A stretch of DNA of 62,323 nucleotides, filler included, from 7 parts of 7 records of this genome joined end to end with filler, not necessarily neighbours in it; one strand, 5' to 3'. Counted from the whole stretch's first letter, positions 12,732-23,400 are shown. Notes: generated by a model from the letters alone, not told the origin. Translations and numbers: made by a program.

Positions 12732-13526
12732 ATGACTGAAATTACGGAACCTGTAAAATTATTCTGGACTGGTGGAATGGATTCAACTTTTCGTTTAGCA
12801 CAATTGATATTTATTTTTAAAAAAACAGTTCAGCCCTATTATATTATCGACAACAATCGTAAATCAACTGAAATTGAATTACGCACTATGGAAGAAATTG
12901 AAAGAGCATTTCTTCGAAAAGATCCTGAATTGAAAGGGAGGATTTTACCTGCCATTTTTTTTAATTTAGATGATATTCCGGAAGACAAAGAAATAAGTGA
13001 AAGTTACAATCGGTTAGTTAAGTTCGAAACTATTGGTAGTCAGTATCATTGGTTAGCACGATTTTGTAAAGCTAAAGGATTGAGATGTATAGAATTAAGC
13101 CTTGAGACAGCTATATTCGATAAAGACAATCGTACCCGAAAGTTGCTAGGGAACGATCTTGAAGAAATTGATTCGCAAACAGGGACAACATATCATTTAA
13201 GTGAAAATGCAAAAGGACAAGATAAATACAATATTTATGGCTGGTATAATTTCCCGGCTTATGATTTTACAAAAGCTGAAAAATATCAATATAGTATCGA
13301 CAATAATTTTGACGATATTATTCGATTAACCTGGTTTTGTCATATGCCAACAAAAGCTGGAAATCCCTGCGGGAAATGCCATCCATGCCAGGCAGCTTAT
13401 CGTGAAGGATTAAAATGGCGTCTTCCGTTTTTTGCAAAAATCCGGTATCATTTATGGCCGGTTATGCAAAAATCCGCAAAAATTCTAGGCGTATATAATG
13501 GATTAAAAGCTGTTATTAATAAATAA
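12732..13526 (+). CDS. Divergent QueC-like PP-loop ATPase with C-terminal Zn site, paralog 1
   Basis: FWTGGMDS PP-loop; TWFC-x9-CGKCHPC matches the QueC four-Cys Zn motif. Confidence 0.75.
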   Translation: MTEITEPVKLFWTGGMDSTFRLAQLIFIFKKTVQPYYIIDNNRKSTEIELRTMEEIERAFLRKDPELKGRILPAIFFNLDDIPEDKEISESYNRLVKFETIGSQYHWLARFCKAKGLRCIELSLETAIFDKDNRTRKLLGNDLEEIDSQTGTTYHLSENAKGQDKYNIYGWYNFPAYDFTKAEKYQYSIDNNFDDIIRLTWFCHMPTKAGNPCGKCHPCQAAYREGLKWRLPFFAKIRYHLWPVMQKSAKILGVYNGLKAVINK

Positions 13527-13591
13527 TTTCAAATGCTGGAATTACTGTTTTTATATAATCAGAATTGTATTTTATAATAGTAAATACGTAA

Positions 13592-14347
13592 ATGAAAAAA
13601 GTTGATCGAATTAATTTGTTTTGGTCGGGTGGTTGGGATTCGACCTTTCGTTTACTTCAGCTTTTAATTGTTTTTAAAAAGAAAGTACAACCTTATTATA
13701 TTATCGACGAAGAGCGAAAATCAACTTCCGAAGAGATTCACGCAATGTATCAAATCAAAAAAATGCTTTTTTCAAAATTCCCTGAAACGAGAGAAAACCT
13801 GTTGCCAACAATTTACAGGGAATTAAGTGAGATAAAACAGATTCATGGGTTTAGCGAAAGTTTGAAAGAAGTACAAAAAGTAATAAAAATTGGTCCTCAA
13901 TATGAGTGGTTACCACGGTTTTGTGTGAACGAAGGAATAACTGACATGGAAGTTGGGCTTGAACTTTTATCTTATCAGTATAAAGACAATAAAGTACAAA
14001 ATCTGATAAAAGAATACCTGATAAAATATGATAACGGATTCGGACCTTTTTATCGTTTAGATGAAAATGTAAATGATAAGAATATGCAAAATTTGTTTGG
14101 GAACCTGAATTATTCTCTTTTCGACTGGACAAAACCACAAATGCTGGGAGCAAGCGAAGAATATAATTTTGACGATATCATGAAAATTACCTGGTTTTGT
14201 TTGGCTCCAACTATTTTTTCAACTCCCTGCGGAAAATGTGGTACTTGTCGTACAGTGTATAATGAAGGATTAAAATGGAGGCTATCTTTTATGGCAAAAA
14301 TCAGGTATTTTATCTGGCCAACATTACGAAGCATAGCGAAGTTTTAA
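13592..14347 (+). CDS. Divergent QueC-like PP-loop ATPase, paralog 2
   Basis: FWSGGWDS; TWFC-x9-CGKCGTC; colinear with paralog 1 (VQPYYIID, QYxWLxRFC, EGLKWRL). Confidence 0.75.
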   Translation: MKKVDRINLFWSGGWDSTFRLLQLLIVFKKKVQPYYIIDEERKSTSEEIHAMYQIKKMLFSKFPETRENLLPTIYRELSEIKQIHGFSESLKEVQKVIKIGPQYEWLPRFCVNEGITDMEVGLELLSYQYKDNKVQNLIKEYLIKYDNGFGPFYRLDENVNDKNMQNLFGNLNYSLFDWTKPQMLGASEEYNFDDIMKITWFCLAPTIFSTPCGKCGTCRTVYNEGLKWRLSFMAKIRYFIWPTLRSIAKF

Positions 14348-14390
14348 ATATTAATAAATCAGGAAGTTTGAAATTATTTAAAAGAAAAGA

Positions 14391-15167
14391 ATGAACAAAT
14401 CAATTGAACCAATAAAACTTTTTTGGACAGGCGGATGGGATTCCACATTTCGGTTAGTTCAGTTGGTGCTTGTTTATAAAAAAATTGTACAACCTTATTA
14501 TATCATTGATCATGGAAGAAATTCAATTTTGAATGAAATCAGGGCAATGAAATTAATAAAAGAGGGTTTGTATGAAAAATATCCGGAAACAAAAAGCAGG
14601 GTAAAGCCTACCATTTTTAAAGAATTAAGTGAAATAGAAAATAATAGTGAAATTTCGGAAAGTTATTTTAAACTGAAAGAAAAGATTCTTTTAGGAAGCC
14701 AATATGATTGGCTGTCACGGTTTTGTATACAAGAAGGAATTTACGATATGGAATTTGGTCTTGAATTATGTGTTAATAACGGAGATAACAAAGTAATTAA
14801 CATTATTGGAGACAACATGGAAAAACTTGACCAGGGAAATGGGGAAACTTATCGGGTTAACAGAAAAGCCAAAGGGAACGATGTTTATAATGTATTTGGG
14901 AATATGCAATTTCCCTTGTTCGCCTATACAAAAGTTGAAATGTATAAATTTAGTATTGAACATGGATTTGATGATATTTTGAAACAGACATGGTTTTGTT
15001 TAATTCCGGTAATGAATCATTTGCCATGCGGAAAATGCAATTCCTGCCGAACGGTTTATAGAGAAGGACTTGGTTGGCGATTACCATTATTCTCAAGAAT
15101 TCGCTATTTTATTTGGCCAACTCTTCGAAAATTAGCTCATGTATTTTATATTAAACGACAAAAATGA
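14391..15167 (+). CDS. Divergent QueC-like PP-loop ATPase, paralog 3
   Basis: FWTGGWDS; TWFC-x9-CGKCNSC; ATGA overlap with the next gene. Confidence 0.75.
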   Translation: MNKSIEPIKLFWTGGWDSTFRLVQLVLVYKKIVQPYYIIDHGRNSILNEIRAMKLIKEGLYEKYPETKSRVKPTIFKELSEIENNSEISESYFKLKEKILLGSQYDWLSRFCIQEGIYDMEFGLELCVNNGDNKVINIIGDNMEKLDQGNGETYRVNRKAKGNDVYNVFGNMQFPLFAYTKVEMYKFSIEHGFDDILKQTWFCLIPVMNHLPCGKCNSCRTVYREGLGWRLPLFSRIRYFIWPTLRKLAHVFYIKRQK

Positions 15168-16030
15168 ACCTAAAACGAAAGATAAAAAAGGTATTTATTT
15201 TCAGGCTGTTAACTTCAAGGATATTATCCGATAAAACCTTTTATTGGTATTATTATCTTATTTTCTTCGGAATGAATTTTTCGTATAAAAATCCAAGAGG
15301 ATTTAATGCGAAAATTCAATGGTTAAAAGTTTATAATCGCGATGATCGAATGATTCAACTGGCTGATAAATATGAAGTCAGAAAATATGTAGCAGAGAAA
15401 ATAGGTGCTGAATTTTTAGTTCCAATTATTGATGTCTACACCAAAGCAAGCGAGATAAACTGGGAAAGTTTACCAGAATGTTTTGTTATGAAAGCGACCC
15501 ATGCCTCTGGCTGGAATATTGTTTGTCTTTCAAAATCAGAATTAAACCCAAAAAAAGTACTTCGCAAAATAAACAGATGGCTTGGTTCTAATTTTTATTT
15601 TATCAATAGAGAGTGGCAATATAAAGATATCAGGCCACGAATGATTTGCGAAGAACATTTAGGAAGAAATGAGAGCAATAATTTAATCGAGATTAAAGTA
15701 TTTTGTTACAACGGAAGACCTCATTTTGTAATAGCTTATCCATATAATAGCTCTGTACGAACAATCTATAATACCAGTTGGGAGGTGATTGATGGCGAAA
15801 CTGCTTTTAAAAAAGGAGCCGAAATTGAGAAACCGAAAAACTTAAATCGAATTCTTGGATTGGCATCCGATTTATCCGATGATTTCCCATTTGTTCGTGT
15901 CGATTTTTTAATAAATAATGAAAATATATATTTTGGCGAGATGAGTTTTACTCCGGGGCGCGGTTATTTAAAGTTTAACCCCAAAACTCTTGATTTATTA
16001 TTTGGCGAGCCATTAATAATTCCAAATTAA
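15164..16030 (+). CDS. TupA-like ATP-grasp amide ligase
   Basis: NPRGFNAKIQWLK, ADKYEVRKYV, KATHASG, REWQYKDIRPR, FPFVRVDF and YFGEMSFTP are hallmarks of the ATPgrasp_TupA family. Confidence 0.88.
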   Translation: MNLKRKIKKVFIFRLLTSRILSDKTFYWYYYLIFFGMNFSYKNPRGFNAKIQWLKVYNRDDRMIQLADKYEVRKYVAEKIGAEFLVPIIDVYTKASEINWESLPECFVMKATHASGWNIVCLSKSELNPKKVLRKINRWLGSNFYFINREWQYKDIRPRMICEEHLGRNESNNLIEIKVFCYNGRPHFVIAYPYNSSVRTIYNTSWEVIDGETAFKKGAEIEKPKNLNRILGLASDLSDDFPFVRVDFLINNENIYFGEMSFTPGRGYLKFNPKTLDLLFGEPLIIPN

Positions 16031-16060
16031 TTCTTGTTATTTTAGTTTAAAAATAAGTGC

Positions 16061-18031
16061 ATGTGTGGTATTACCGGAATTCTAAACTTTGATTGTTGTC
16101 CGATTGATTATAATGTTTTGAAAAAAATGTCGGAAATGCAAAAACACCGTGGACCGGATGATCAGGGTTTTGCAGGGTTTTCTTTTAAAAATTCAACTAT
16201 AAAAGCAATCGATGATTTTAATGGATTGGAGCCTGGAAATGGTTTGCATGGTGGAATTGGATTTAACCGGTTATCGATACTTGATTTATCAATTAATGGG
16301 CACCAACCCATGATTTCGGCGAACGGGCAGATTGTTATTGCATATAATGGTGAAACCTACAATGCTTTTGAGTTTAAGAACGAACTGAAAAACAAAGGTT
16401 ATAACTTTAAAAGTGATACCGATACTGAAATTTTGCTTCATTTATACCAGGAGTTTGGAATAGAAAAAATGTTGGAGTTGGTTAACGGAATGTTTGCCTT
16501 TTGTGTAGTAGATTTAAAACTGAATAAACTTTTCTTGGCCCGCGATCATGTGGGGATTAAACCAATGTACTGGTATAAAAAAGGGAAAACGTTACTGTTT
16601 GCATCTGAAATTAAATCGTTTATTCCACATCCGAAATATCAAGCAGAAATTGAAGAAAAACATCTTGATGAGTATTTCTTTTATAAATATAACGCATACG
16701 ATAGAACGGTTTTCAAAAATGTAAGACAACTACCTCCAGGCTGTTATCTCGAAGTTACCATGGAGGGAGCAGAGTTAAAAAAATACTGGGAGCCCGATCT
16801 TTCAACAAAATCAACTCTTTCTAAAACCGAAGCGGTTGAAGAGCTTGAAGTGCTATTTAAATCTTGCGTAAGATCGCAGTTAATGAGCGATGTAAAATTA
16901 GGTTGCCAGTTATCAGGAGGGATCGATTCTTCCTTGGTTTCAACTTTTGCTTCTGAATATATTCAAGGAAGGATGGAAACATTTTCCGTAATTCCTGAAA
17001 ATGAAGCTTTTTCAGAAGAAAAATATATGGATATGGTGATTTCAAAAACAAATCCTGTTTCCCATAAATTTGAATTGACACCTAACTATTTCGCAAATAA
17101 TATTTTATCGGCAGCCTGGCACAGCGATGTTCCGTTGCCCTTAGCACAAACAGTTGGCATTAAAAGGCTTGCTCAGGGTGCGTCGGAGCATGTTACCGTT
17201 TTATTAAGCGGTGAAGGTTCCGATGAATTAATGGGAGGTTATTCAGAAATGTATTGCCAGGCATACAAAATGAAAAACAAATGTTTTATTAATGCATTGT
17301 CAAAAATACCAGAGAAAGGGAAAAAAATTAAAAAACAATATCTGCCACATGTTTCCAACGAAGACTATTTTATACAATTTAGATCAACGATTAATTCAAA
17401 AGATTATCTTACTTTCAGACCAGATGCTCAAATGGAGACAGTATTCAGCCAACGAAAAGAATTGTTTCCTGCATGTTCAGATTTATTGAAAAGTGTAAGG
17501 TATTATGATATGAAAGGGTGGCTGGTGAATTTGTTTAACCATCAGGATAAAATGACCATGGCCCATTCTATTGAAAACCGGGTGCCAATTGTCGATAAAA
17601 GACTCATTGATTTTGTTTTTTCGCTGCCTTCAGATTATTTTGTAAAAGCACCCCAAAATATGTTTAAGTATAATTCTCCAAATCGGTATACCAAAATACT
17701 TTTAAAAAAACTTACCGAAAGATATTATAACAACGATTTTGTTTACCGGAAGAAAATGGGATTTAATCAGCCATTAAGAGATTATTTCAATCATCCCGTT
17801 TTAAAGGAATTAATGAACGATTCAGTAATGCCGGGCATTAAAAACAGAGGAATTATTGATTATAAAAAGTTAAGTAAATTGTGGGCAAATGGATTGGATA
17901 ATATTGACCATACAGGAATTTCGTTTTTATGGTCGTGTGTTAGCTTTGAGCTGTGGGCACAAATTTATATCGACAAAACTTTAACTGTTTATTCTACCTC
18001 TTCAAAATCGACATATTCACCTTCATTCTGA
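16061..18031 (+). CDS. asnB: Asparagine synthetase-like amidotransferase (glutamine-hydrolysing)
   Basis: N-terminal MCGI (Ntn Cys), HRGPD, RLSILDLS, NGETYN, LSGGIDSS, SGEGSDE, MAHSIENRVP and RKKMGF. Confidence 0.92.
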   Translation: MCGITGILNFDCCPIDYNVLKKMSEMQKHRGPDDQGFAGFSFKNSTIKAIDDFNGLEPGNGLHGGIGFNRLSILDLSINGHQPMISANGQIVIAYNGETYNAFEFKNELKNKGYNFKSDTDTEILLHLYQEFGIEKMLELVNGMFAFCVVDLKLNKLFLARDHVGIKPMYWYKKGKTLLFASEIKSFIPHPKYQAEIEEKHLDEYFFYKYNAYDRTVFKNVRQLPPGCYLEVTMEGAELKKYWEPDLSTKSTLSKTEAVEELEVLFKSCVRSQLMSDVKLGCQLSGGIDSSLVSTFASEYIQGRMETFSVIPENEAFSEEKYMDMVISKTNPVSHKFELTPNYFANNILSAAWHSDVPLPLAQTVGIKRLAQGASEHVTVLLSGEGSDELMGGYSEMYCQAYKMKNKCFINALSKIPEKGKKIKKQYLPHVSNEDYFIQFRSTINSKDYLTFRPDAQMETVFSQRKELFPACSDLLKSVRYYDMKGWLVNLFNHQDKMTMAHSIENRVPIVDKRLIDFVFSLPSDYFVKAPQNMFKYNSPNRYTKILLKKLTERYYNNDFVYRKKMGFNQPLRDYFNHPVLKELMNDSVMPGIKNRGIIDYKKLSKLWANGLDNIDHTGISFLWSCVSFELWAQIYIDKTLTVYSTSSKSTYSPSF

Positions 18032-18207
18032 GTGTTATTATTGTTTCCCTTTTTATTCTTTTCAATAATTACTTCTCCTTCCGGGCGGGTTTGTTGTTGT
18101 GTCTGTTTTTGCTGGTCGTACATTTTTTGTTGCATGTTTTTTACGCCTTTGTCGATTAGCAGAGGAAGAACATATTTTGAGATAAGCCGGATAGCATAAT
18201 AAATTAC
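17989..18207 (-). CDS. DUF4834-like small Bacteroidota membrane protein, 3' part
   Basis: Minus-strand translation VIYYAIRLISKYVLPLL...QQQTRPEGEVIIEK...EGEYVDFEEVE*, with the typical GEYVDFEE ending. Overlaps the asnB 3' end by 43 bp. Confidence 0.75.
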   Translation of the reverse strand, partial: VIYYAIRLISKYVLPLLIDKGVKNMQQKMYDQQKQTQQQTRPEGEVIIEKNKKGNNNNTQNEGEYVDFEEVE

Positions 18208-18307
18208 NNNNNNNNNNNNNNNNNNNNNNNNNNNNNNNNNNNNNNNNNNNNTTAATTAATTAANNNNNNNNNNNNNNNNNNNNNNNNNNNNNNNNNNNNN
18301 NNNNNNN
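18208..18307. other. Artificial contig spacer
   Basis: N44-TTAATTAATTAA-N44; GC content rises after it. Confidence 0.97.
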
Positions 18308-18393
18308 CAAAAACTTTGAACCTGACGCCGCCTGAACCGATGAGAAATTCGGGCTGAAAAAAACTCATACATACTTTGCGTTACCTGGAAAAC

Positions 18394-20472
18394 TCAATCA
18401 CCCACGGATGGCGTTTTTAACCAGACGGCAACGCTATCGCGTTTGCCCTTGCTGTCGATGAGGGTAATTTGTGTCTTGCCTGGCCCTCGTGGAGTATAGG
18501 CTGCAACAAAATCACTGGTGGCGGGACCAAGAGGCTGGCCATTAATCAGCCAGTAAAACGGTGGGGTTCCGCCGTAGCTCTTCAGTGCAAGGTCGGCTGG
18601 ATCTTTTTCGCCTTCAGTAAGGTCTAGAGTGCTGCCGTCCACAGGGAAATAAATCTTTGGTTTTCTCGCTGCAAAGGTATCTGGCCGTTCACCAGCAAAC
18701 CATTGAAGGTGGGGTGGTAATTGATCGTATTCAACCAAGAGGGTATCAGGCGGAGGCGCTGCACCTCCATCCAGGGAGCTTGCCTGGGGCAAACTCGCAA
18801 AAACACGACGCAGAACCGGCACCGCAGTATTGGCGCCGGTGGTCTCCTTACCGTAACCTCCATCGGGTCGTCCCACCCAGATTCCCACTGTATAGTCCCG
18901 GTTATAGCCAACCGCCCACGCATCGCGAAATCCATATGAGGTCCCGGTCTTAAAACGCACTGTATTGCTCCGTCTTTCAATACCCGGCTGGTTGGCAGAT
19001 GATGGCAAAGTGGGCAGACTGGCATCCACGTACCATGTTGCAAGTGGTGAGAGCAGTTTTTCGCTTTTGGTTGGCTCTCCCGTGAGAATTGTTTGTAAGG
19101 CCTGATAATCGCCTTTGTTTGCAAGGCCACTATAGAGGGCTGCCAGATCTTGCAGGCTGCAGCCAACACCGCCAAGGGCTAGCGATAAACCAGGATATTT
19201 CTGGTAGTGCAGAGTAACCCCGAGTTGAGAAAAACGGGAAAGCAGGCGCTGAGGACCGACGTGTTCCAACACCTGCACTGCGGGTATATTCAAGGATTGC
19301 TGTAATGCCTGCCGCGCTGAGGTCCATCCATGATAGTTGCTGTCAAAGTTGGCTGGTCCATAGGCGTCAAAACGCCGGGGCCTGTCAAGGATTCTGGTCT
19401 CAGGGTGGAGTCTCCCTTGTTCAAAGGCAAGGCCATAGATAAAGGGTTTGAGAGTTGAACCTGGTGAACGTATGGCGCGGGTCAGGTCGAGCTGGCTGGT
19501 TTGAAAGTCACCAGAACCGACATGGACCAGTACCTGGCGGGTTTGATTATCCACCACCAGTAATGAAAGGGTTTTGCCGGGTGGTAATTCCTGCTGCACC
19601 TGGGCTGCAATCGCCTCTGCCTTTTTCTGCAGCTTATAGTTAAGGGTGGTTGTAATACGATTGTTACCGGCGTATTCCCTTCGCAGGGATTGGCTCAACT
19701 GCGGTGCTGCAAATGGTGCAGGATATCGTTTTTTCGGTATCGGTTGGAGAGCGGCGAGCTGAACATCTTCTTCACTCAGCAGGCCTGATCCATAGAGACG
19801 ATGAAGCACTTCCTGCCGAGTTCGTTTTGCCTGCAAGGGGTGGAGATCCGGACGTCTGCCTTCAGGTGATTGGGGCAGACTGATCAACAGTGCTGCCTGG
19901 GAAGGGGTAAAATGGGCAGCATCTGTGTTAAAATAAAAATGACTGGCCGCTTCGATGCCCTGTAGGTTGCCACCATAGGGCGCAAGGCTGAGGTACAGTT
20001 CCAGGATGGCCTGTTTGCTTAGTCTCCGTTCAAGGCGCAGCGCCTGAACCATCTCAAACAGCTTGCTGACAATTGTCCGGGGACGAGGCTTGAGCAACCG
20101 TATAATCTGCATGGTAAGCGTTGAGGCACCTGAGACTACTTTGCCGTTTGCGAAAGCTTGCAAGGTTGCTCGCGCAACAGCAAGGAGATCCACTCCTGGA
20201 TGTGTCCAGAACCGCTTATCCTCATAGGCCAGGAGTTGCTTGATGAATTCTGGATCGGTCTTCTGCAAATCGGCAGGCAACCTCCAGAATCCATCGTCAG
20301 TGGTGAAGAGGCGGAGTGTCTCCCCCTGCCGGTCGACCACCCTGGTCGACCATGCGACCTCTTCCGGGACCGGCGAGCGGAGAGTTCGGTCCAGCAGCCA
20401 GCACGCACCCAGCAAGAGGGCAAGACCTATACAGGTTACGTGCAGGAAATGCCAAACAGATTTACTTGCCAA
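18394..20472 (-). CDS. pbpC: Penicillin-binding protein 1C
   Basis: Transglycosylase motifs YEDKRF and GASTLTMQ; transpeptidase motifs STLK, SLN and KTGT; C-terminal Ig-like domain; directly downstream of alpha-2-macroglobulin. Confidence 0.93.
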   Translation of the reverse strand: MASKSVWHFLHVTCIGLALLLGACWLLDRTLRSPVPEEVAWSTRVVDRQGETLRLFTTDDGFWRLPADLQKTDPEFIKQLLAYEDKRFWTHPGVDLLAVARATLQAFANGKVVSGASTLTMQIIRLLKPRPRTIVSKLFEMVQALRLERRLSKQAILELYLSLAPYGGNLQGIEAASHFYFNTDAAHFTPSQAALLISLPQSPEGRRPDLHPLQAKRTRQEVLHRLYGSGLLSEEDVQLAALQPIPKKRYPAPFAAPQLSQSLRREYAGNNRITTTLNYKLQKKAEAIAAQVQQELPPGKTLSLLVVDNQTRQVLVHVGSGDFQTSQLDLTRAIRSPGSTLKPFIYGLAFEQGRLHPETRILDRPRRFDAYGPANFDSNYHGWTSARQALQQSLNIPAVQVLEHVGPQRLLSRFSQLGVTLHYQKYPGLSLALGGVGCSLQDLAALYSGLANKGDYQALQTILTGEPTKSEKLLSPLATWYVDASLPTLPSSANQPGIERRSNTVRFKTGTSYGFRDAWAVGYNRDYTVGIWVGRPDGGYGKETTGANTAVPVLRRVFASLPQASSLDGGAAPPPDTLLVEYDQLPPHLQWFAGERPDTFAARKPKIYFPVDGSTLDLTEGEKDPADLALKSYGGTPPFYWLINGQPLGPATSDFVAAYTPRGPGKTQITLIDSKGKRDSVAVWLKTPSVGD

Positions 20473-23400
20473 TGGTTACCTGTCCTGCTTTGGTCCTGGC
20501 CCGATATTCTGGTTGATACATATCTTCCACCTCTGATGGCGGCAGGGTGTAGGTTCCGGGAGTGACAGCGCGCACGAGATACGCCAGCGTAAATGTTCGA
20601 TTGCTTGTATCATACTCGTCCCTATCCAATGCCTCCGTGTTCAACGCTGCCACATAGCGGTCATCAAGTGCATCTTCGTAAAGAGTCGGGCTGCTCTCTG
20701 TCAGCCAGCTGAAGATTGAGTCTTGATCGGTGTTTATCGCCGTTTTTTCAATCTCAAACCCTGCGGGCAGTAAGTCTACGATCAGGGCTCGATACTGTTT
20801 TGATGCTGAAACTTTGCCCTCCAGTACAACCACAAAAAGATCTCCCTGTTGGCACTCCATATCCATGGCTATCGGTTCACCATGATCATTGTACCACCTG
20901 CGCTGCAGATTAAACCCGTTGGCGGCTACTGGTGGTTCCTGAGCAGGTGATCCCTGGAGAGTGGTCGATACCCAGACAGCGGTTTGACCACTATTAAGCA
21001 GGCTGGTGGGGGTTGCAAGCTCTTGGCCGCTCCGTTGCAGCAGGAAAAAGTCTTTATCCTGGGCAACGGCCTTGCTGTCAACCTCCAGGAGCAGAGGTTT
21101 ACTTGGCTCCAGGGTAAGAGCCGCCATCACCAACCACGCCTGTTCCTGGGTTGAAAGATATTGTTTATTTGCCAGCAGTCTCGTGAGTTCTTCCCACGCA
21201 GCAGCCGGATCAGCAAGGCCAGGACTTGATGCATACCTCACATTGATCGTACCTGCCAGATCACGCAAACGGGTACCATAGCTCTGCCAATATTTGGTTT
21301 CGCTTTCATCAAGCTTTAAGGCCGCAGCATATCCCTTTATCGCCCGCTCTATATCCCCCTGCAAGGCAAGGGCTCCTGAGAGTTGGGCAAGAGCAAGAGG
21401 CGCAAAAGATGCACCCCGGTAGTTATCAAACAGGTAGCGTGCATCCTCTGGTTTTCCCTGTCCAACGCTGGCAAGCACATAGTGGGCATACGCCAATGCT
21501 GCCAATTCATCTTGATTTGGCTGGTGAGCTTCAACGACCAGTTGCGTAAGCCACTGTATGCCCTTATTATAAAAAAAGTCCGGCACAGCAAAGCCTTGCT
21601 CGCGAGCTCGGCTGAGAAATTCCATGGCATAAGAAGTCAGCCAGGGTTCTGGAAAACTTCTGTCGGACCAGAGACCAAAACTGCCATCCATTCGCTGTTT
21701 CTGCAGGATGAGATCTATGGCTTCTCCAATCCGTCCCGCAAGGTCGTTGTCCAAGGGATACTGCCATCGCTGGGCGAGGAGGTTGGCGTACAGCAGAGGC
21801 ATTGCTCGACTGGTGAGCTGTTCCAGGCAACCATAGGGATAACGATCAAGCTCTGCCAGCAGGCCCGGGACATCGAGATTAGGCGTGCTGCTGATACTGA
21901 CGGCTACTTGCGCGGTTTCCGGATACAATCCTTGGGTGAGTTGTGAATCAACAATCAGGGTATCGCCCGGGTTAAGTCGTGAAAAATTCCTGGTCAACAG
22001 GGGAAGGTATTTCCCCCGCACATTGAGGGCAAAGTCGCCGCTGTAGCTGTAGCCTCTGGGGCCGCTGACCTTTACGTGTACCTTACCTGAGCCGATACTC
22101 TTTGCCATTATAGAGACGTCAACACTCTTGCGTTTGCCATGCTCTAAAATGATCTGTTGCCAGGCTCCACTGCTTAACCTGACCGCACCAGATGAGGTGC
22201 ATTCAATATGGTATTCACCTTCTGGGCCGTCAATATTTTCAAGCAGCACCTGCATGGTCGAATTGTCGCCCCTTGCAAGAAAACGAGGCAGCGATGGAGA
22301 GACCACCACAGGGTCACTCACCTGGAGATCATGACTGACCGATCCCATTTTGGTCTTGCTCCACGCTACGGCCATCAGGCGCAACCGACCATTAAAATCA
22401 GGCAGGGTCAGGGGAATATTGACAACGCCTTCATCGCTCATCTTCACGACGCCAGAGAACAAGGACACTGCCCGAACATTGGACTCCGCTGCACCGCGAC
22501 GAGAGTTATCTCCGGCTCCCGTTCGAAGAGAAAGAGGGCGACTATCAGGGCCAATAATCAATTGTCCGTAAAGATCACGGATTTCTGTGCCAAGCTGCTG
22601 TTTGCCAAAAAAATAGGCATGTGGATTTGGTGAGACAAAATCTGTCATCTGCAAGACACCTTCATCTACAGCGGCCAAGGTCATACCGATGGCCTCTCCA
22701 GCAGTCCCGCCTTCTATAGTGACCGGGATCTTGATGGTCTGTCGTGGTCTTGTTTTTTCAGGCACCTCCAGGTGTACTCCCAACTGCTTATCTGCTTGAT
22801 CAACCCCGATCCAAACCAGGCCCATGGCTCTTCCCGCACCTTTCTTGCTGCCAGCAGCAGGGCGATACACGGTTACCAGGGCATAGGTACCAGGTCCCCA
22901 TTCAGCCTGCACTGGAATGTCTAGTTCATGGGTCAGAGCATCCAGATGAAAGTGTTGGATGGAATGGACATCGGTTCCGGCAAGAATCAGGCTTGCTTCA
23001 CCGGAATAAGGAGCTTTTATGCGAATATGGGCAGTTGCGCCAACCTTGTACTGTGGCTGTTCAAGTACGAGTTTGACCGCATCTGGAGCGTTGTTTGTCC
23101 CCTGCACCTGGTCACCGGCAACAAAACGTCTTGAGGCAAGCAGGGATGAATCTGCGCCGCGTACTTCTAAGCGATATGAACCTTGAGCAACATAGATGGA
23201 AAGGGCGGCAGGGGTAGAGATGGTGGCATCAAGTTTTCCCGTTTCCACTTCCAGGTCATTCATGATTCGCTCGTAGCCCCAGTTGCCGTTTTTTATAAAC
23301 CACTGGTAATCAATTTCTTCCTCCACTAAGCGATAGTGGAAGTCAGCAGCTGGAACAGGTATGCCATCGGTATCAAGGATGATTATATCAAAATTGGCAT

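Noticed and set aside
12732-15167. Canonical queuosine biosynthesis (queC) or a Dpd/Qat/CBASS defence locus
   Set aside because: No queD, queE, folE, tgt/dpdA, TatD, ATPase or cyclase nearby, and the canonical QueC substrate motifs are missing.
16061-18031. Lasso-peptide cyclase (RiPP cluster)
   Set aside because: The Ntn glutaminase Cys (MCGI) is intact; no PqqD/RRE, transglutaminase-like protease or precursor ORF is visible.
17953-18159. 68-aa plus-strand hydrophobic ORF after asnB
   Set aside because: It is antisense to the better-supported DUF4834-like gene.
18308-18357. Possible IS end or transposase 3' end (ATGAGAAATTCGGGCTGA) at the contig edge
   Set aside because: Only about 50 bp are visible, with no partner repeat or transposase motif.
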